This document shows positions 51,334-54,380 of a stretch of 54,380 bases of DNA, one piece after another. Location of the stretch: NCBI GenBank assembly GCA_963663405.2, contig CAXXSM010000017.1, positions 1 through 54,380 on the forward strand, given 5' to 3'. The number at the start of each line of letters is the position of its first letter. Within the stretch, counting starts at the first letter, position 1. The notes under the pieces are model-generated. The model was not told where the DNA came from. It saw nothing but the letters and a program-made list of their open reading frames with translations, and did not search any database. Origin of the DNA: a bacterium (GTDB lineage: Bacteria; Hinthialibacterota; Hinthialibacteria; Hinthialibacterales; Hinthialibacteraceae). The position numbers and the translations under genes were made by a program.

Positions 51334-52356
51334 ATGGTTACGGAATCTCAAAACGGCGCTCCCGCCAATGACATTCAAACGGTGAAATTTATCCATGAGA
51401 AACGCGATCTCATTCTCCAAGAGATCGCCAAAGAGATCGTCGGGCAGCAGTCCGTGATTGAAGAACTGCTTATCACTCTCTTCGCGGGAGGCCATGCGTT
51501 AATCGTTGGCGTGCCGGGATTGGCGAAAACCACCTTGATCCGCACGTTCAGCAAAATCCTGGATCTGAAATTCCGGCGCATCCAATTTACCCCCGACTTG
51601 ATGCCTTCCGATATTACAGGCACCGAAGTGCTGGAAGAAAACCGGACGACGGGTGAACGGGAATTCCGGTTTCTGCGAGGGCCGTTGTTTGCGAATATTA
51701 TCCTGGCGGATGAAATCAATCGCACGCCGCCCAAAACCCAAGCGGCGCTGTTAGAGGCTATGCAGGAGCGCCGTGTCACAATCGGCGGTGTCGACTACGA
51801 GATCGATCCACCGTTCTTTGTCCTCGCCACCCAAAATCCGATCGAGCAGGAAGGAACCTATCCCCTGCCGGAAGCCCAGTTGGATCGATTTATGTTTCAA
51901 ATCAATATCGAATATCCCTCCGAGAAAGAGGAGATCGACATCGTTAAAAATACAACCTCGGCGTACCAGGGGGAACCCAAAACGGTCATGTCCGGATCGG
52001 ATATACAAGATATACAGAATCTCGTGCGCCGGGCCCCGGTATCCGATCAAGTCGTGAAATACGCCGTGCGGATTGTCAACGCGACCCGCCCAGGCGATGC
52101 AAACAACGGATCGGGGAATGAAATCGTTGATAAGTACGTTTCGTGGGGAGCGGGGCCGCGTGCGTCGCAATATTTGATCTTAGCCGGGAAAGTACTGGCG
52201 ATTTTAGAAGGACGCAACAGCGTCTCGGAAGAGGATGTGCGGGCGGTTTGCGCGCCGGTGTTGCGGCACCGTATTCTCACCAACTACAGGGCCGAAGCCG
52301 ACCGGATAGACGTTCATCAGATCATCCAAACCGCCATCCAAGAAGCGAGCGCGTAA
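51334..52356 (+). CDS. moxR: MoxR family AAA+ ATPase
   Basis: GVPGLAKT, RIQFTPDLMPSDITG, LADEINRTPPKTQAALLEAMQE, ATQNPIEQEGTYPLPEAQLDRF, VLRHR. Confidence 0.96.
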   Translation: MVTESQNGAPANDIQTVKFIHEKRDLILQEIAKEIVGQQSVIEELLITLFAGGHALIVGVPGLAKTTLIRTFSKILDLKFRRIQFTPDLMPSDITGTEVLEENRTTGEREFRFLRGPLFANIILADEINRTPPKTQAALLEAMQERRVTIGGVDYEIDPPFFVLATQNPIEQEGTYPLPEAQLDRFMFQINIEYPSEKEEIDIVKNTTSAYQGEPKTVMSGSDIQDIQNLVRRAPVSDQVVKYAVRIVNATRPGDANNGSGNEIVDKYVSWGAGPRASQYLILAGKVLAILEGRNSVSEEDVRAVCAPVLRHRILTNYRAEADRIDVHQIIQTAIQEASA

Positions 52357-52516
52357 AGGTCCGTATCCATTTTTAGACTATGAAAATCAAAGAAATGGGA
52401 TACAATTTTATATAAAGACGCGCTCGTATCCTTGAATATTGTTAGAAAACGGCTTAAATAATTGTTTCGCCAGGAATATCTGGACAGAAAAAGACATATT
52501 CACTCGAACGAAATGA

Positions 52517-52588
<72 letters not shown>

Positions 52589-52611
52589 CTTTTTTATAAT
52601 GTGACCAATTA

Positions 52612-52699
52612 GGTGGGGTGGCCGAGTTGGTTGAAGGCACCGGTCTTGAAAACCGGCATACGTTAACGCGTATCGTGGGTTCGAATCCCACCCCCACCG
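52612..52699 (+). tRNA. tRNA-Ser(TGA)
   Basis: GGTGGGG/CCCCACC acceptor stem, G discriminator, CCGGT-CTTGAAA-ACCGG anticodon arm, long variable arm, GTTCGAATC. Confidence 0.95.
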
Positions 52700-52805
52700 A
52701 TTATCATTTGGGAGCCGGGAATTCGGATAATAAGAATCGACAGCGATTCAAAACATGCTAAAATAAGAAGTGATTTCTTTAATATTTACATAAAATAGAT
52801 CAGCC

Positions 52806-52871
52806 GGAGGGGTGGCCGAGAGGCTGATGGCGCCGGTTGGCTAAACCAGCATACGTTAACGCTTATCGTGG
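52806..52871 (+). pseudogene. Truncated tRNA-Ser(GCT) copy 1 (5' 66 nt only)
   Basis: Near-identical to 53036-53101 but lacks the T-loop and 3' acceptor strand. Confidence 0.85.
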
Positions 52872-52920
52872 TTAGAGGAGAGCAAGAGTAGTAAACAACA
52901 TAAACAGAAATAGATCAGCC

Positions 52921-52986
52921 GGAGGGGTGGCCGAGAGGCTGAAGGCGCCGGTTGGCTAAACCAGCATACGTTAACGCGTATCGTGG
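52921..52986 (+). pseudogene. Truncated tRNA-Ser(GCT) copy 2 (5' 66 nt only)
   Basis: As copy 1, exactly 115 bp downstream. Confidence 0.85.
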
Positions 52987-53035
52987 TTAGAGGAGAGCAA
53001 GAGTAGTAAACAACATAAACAGAAATAGATCAGCC

Positions 53036-53122
53036 GGAGGGGTGGCCGAGAGGCTGAAGGCACTGGTTTGCTAAACCAGCATACGTTAACGCGTATCGTG
53101 GGTTCGAATCCCACCTCCTCCG
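53036..53122 (+). tRNA. tRNA-Ser(GCT)
   Basis: GGAGGGG/CTCCTCC acceptor stem, CTGGT-TTGCTAA-ACCAG anticodon arm, long variable arm, GTTCGAATC, G discriminator. Confidence 0.94.
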
Positions 53123-53449
53123 TTTTATTCTATCTTAGAAATATCCCTTTCTTTCATAATCCCTCTCGTTTATTTCTTTTGTCTTCATAAAAAAAATAGC
53201 TGACTCGAATAGGTGATAAAACTGGTTTTCCAACTAGTGAGAGTTCGTATGAATTGCCTTGGAATAATTCTGAGGTGATATTCATTAAGTCTCTCTAAAT
53301 CAAGTGAATAGATTGTCAGTGAAGGATTTCGTAAAATATCATAGTTGATTTTTTTTACTCCCTTCGTATAATCAAAATCACAAAAAATCCTTCCTTTCTT
53401 TTCCATTACACTTCCTGTTCCCGTTGTTTCGTTTTTAATCCTAAGTTAT

Positions 53450-54328
53450 ATGTTTTGGGTTGATATGGGTGGTATGATGGATGGAATCTTACGGATTTTG
53501 AAAAACAAAATTATGCAGAGACTTGTGTTTTGGATTCTTGCGCTGGTTGTGATCTGGATTTTCTTCCGGCGTTTTGAACGGATGAATGTATGGCGCCCAA
53601 CAAGAGAGTATGCGGATTTTCCAACTCAAGTGGAATTTGCGTTCAAAGAAGTGTTCATTGAGACCGCAGATGGAATTCGAATTTGCGCCTGGTATGTCCC
53701 CTGTGAAGAAGCGAAGGCTTCTCTCCTATTCTGTCACGGAAATGCGGGAAATATCAGCTACCGCGTAGAGTCCTTGCGATTGTTTCATTCCCTTGGATTG
53801 AACGTGCTGATTTTTGATTACCGTGGATATGGGAAGAGCGAGGGATGGCTTAGTGAAGAGGGCACTTATCAAGATGGAGAAGCGGCGTATCGCTGGCTGC
53901 GCAACAAGGTAGGAGATAGTCCAATTGTGTTATTTGGCCGTTCACTTGGTACGGCCGTGGCAGTGGAACTGACCCGTCGGGTAGAAGCGGATGGATTAAT
54001 TTTTGAGAGTGGATTCACATCTGTACCCGATATAGCAGGGGATTTGTTCCCATTTCTACCGCTTCGGTATTTCTGTTCGATCCAATACGATTCGCTATCG
54101 AAAATTGGAACCATCAATACGCCGGTAATGGTGATTCATAGCCGGGAGGATACAATTATACCTTATCGGCATGGGGAAAGAATCTTCAAAGCGGCGGTAG
54201 AGCCAAAAACGTTTCTTACAATTCAGGGGGATCATAACGATGGATTCCTGCTCTCAGAAGTTGAATATATACAAGGAATTAAAGGATTTTTTGAACAGCG
54301 GATTCTATTAGATAGCGGGAAAAAATGA
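53450..54328 (+). CDS. Alpha/beta hydrolase (ABHD13/BEM46-like), membrane-anchored; true start possibly later
   Basis: FCHGNAGN, FDYRGYG.SEG, GRSLG nucleophile elbow, HSREDTIIP, GDHND. Confidence 0.92.
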   Translation: MFWVDMGGMMDGILRILKNKIMQRLVFWILALVVIWIFFRRFERMNVWRPTREYADFPTQVEFAFKEVFIETADGIRICAWYVPCEEAKASLLFCHGNAGNISYRVESLRLFHSLGLNVLIFDYRGYGKSEGWLSEEGTYQDGEAAYRWLRNKVGDSPIVLFGRSLGTAVAVELTRRVEADGLIFESGFTSVPDIAGDLFPFLPLRYFCSIQYDSLSKIGTINTPVMVIHSREDTIIPYRHGERIFKAAVEPKTFLTIQGDHNDGFLLSEVEYIQGIKGFFEQRILLDSGKK

Positions 54329-54380
54329 TGAGTTTACTTCTTCCTAAAGAATCATTAGTCAATTCGTCAGTCTGATTAAA

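Larger units (their letters stand above)
52793..53101 (+). repeat. 115-bp tandem repeat (~2.7 units) built from tRNA-Ser 5' part plus A-rich spacer
   Basis: GGAGGGGTGGCCGAGAGGCTG starts at 52806, 52921 and 53036. Confidence 0.92.

Noticed and set aside
52612-52699. tRNA with TGA read as a selenocysteine or suppressor tRNA
   Set aside because: Anticodon TGA decodes UCA (Ser); tRNA-Sec would carry TCA and an extended acceptor stem.
52793-53101. Repeat-spacer pattern as a possible CRISPR array
   Set aside because: The spacers are identical and the repeat is a tRNA-Ser fragment.
53185-53406. 73-aa ORF downstream of tRNA-Ser as an integrase remnant
   Set aside because: No tyrosine or serine recombinase motifs and no duplicated tRNA 3' end in the window.

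Overview
Bacterial chromosomal window with no rRNA, CRISPR array, integrase or transposase recognised. Gene content (sulfatase, Tat-exported Gfo/Idh/MocA, DUF1080, ThuA-like, giant Pro/Thr-linker surface proteins) suggests a PVC-like or candidate-phylum diderm heterotroph; this is an inference only. Several genes are split by frameshifts clustered in a few segments, most plausibly long-read indel errors. The best candidate for an undescribed system is a tightly coupled three-gene minus-strand operon at 7135-12420: a protein built from tandem putative winged-helix repeats, a P-loop AAA-type ATPase, and a soluble PD-(D/E)XK nuclease fused to an FtsK motor lacking both the membrane anchor and the gamma domain. 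It is proposed as a nuclease-translocase anti-phage or anti-plasmid system. Other notable items: a dynamin-like GTPase flanked by two paralogous small membrane proteins and a mosaic Uma2 nuclease duplication; an exact 115-bp tandem array of truncated tRNA-Ser copies before an intact tRNA-Ser(GCT); a very divergent pyruvate-kinase-like gene with an ~80 aa insertion; a PTS-IIA/PII-like/cation antiporter cluster; and several dispersed palindromic intergenic elements. All calls come from reading motifs by eye; no searches were run.
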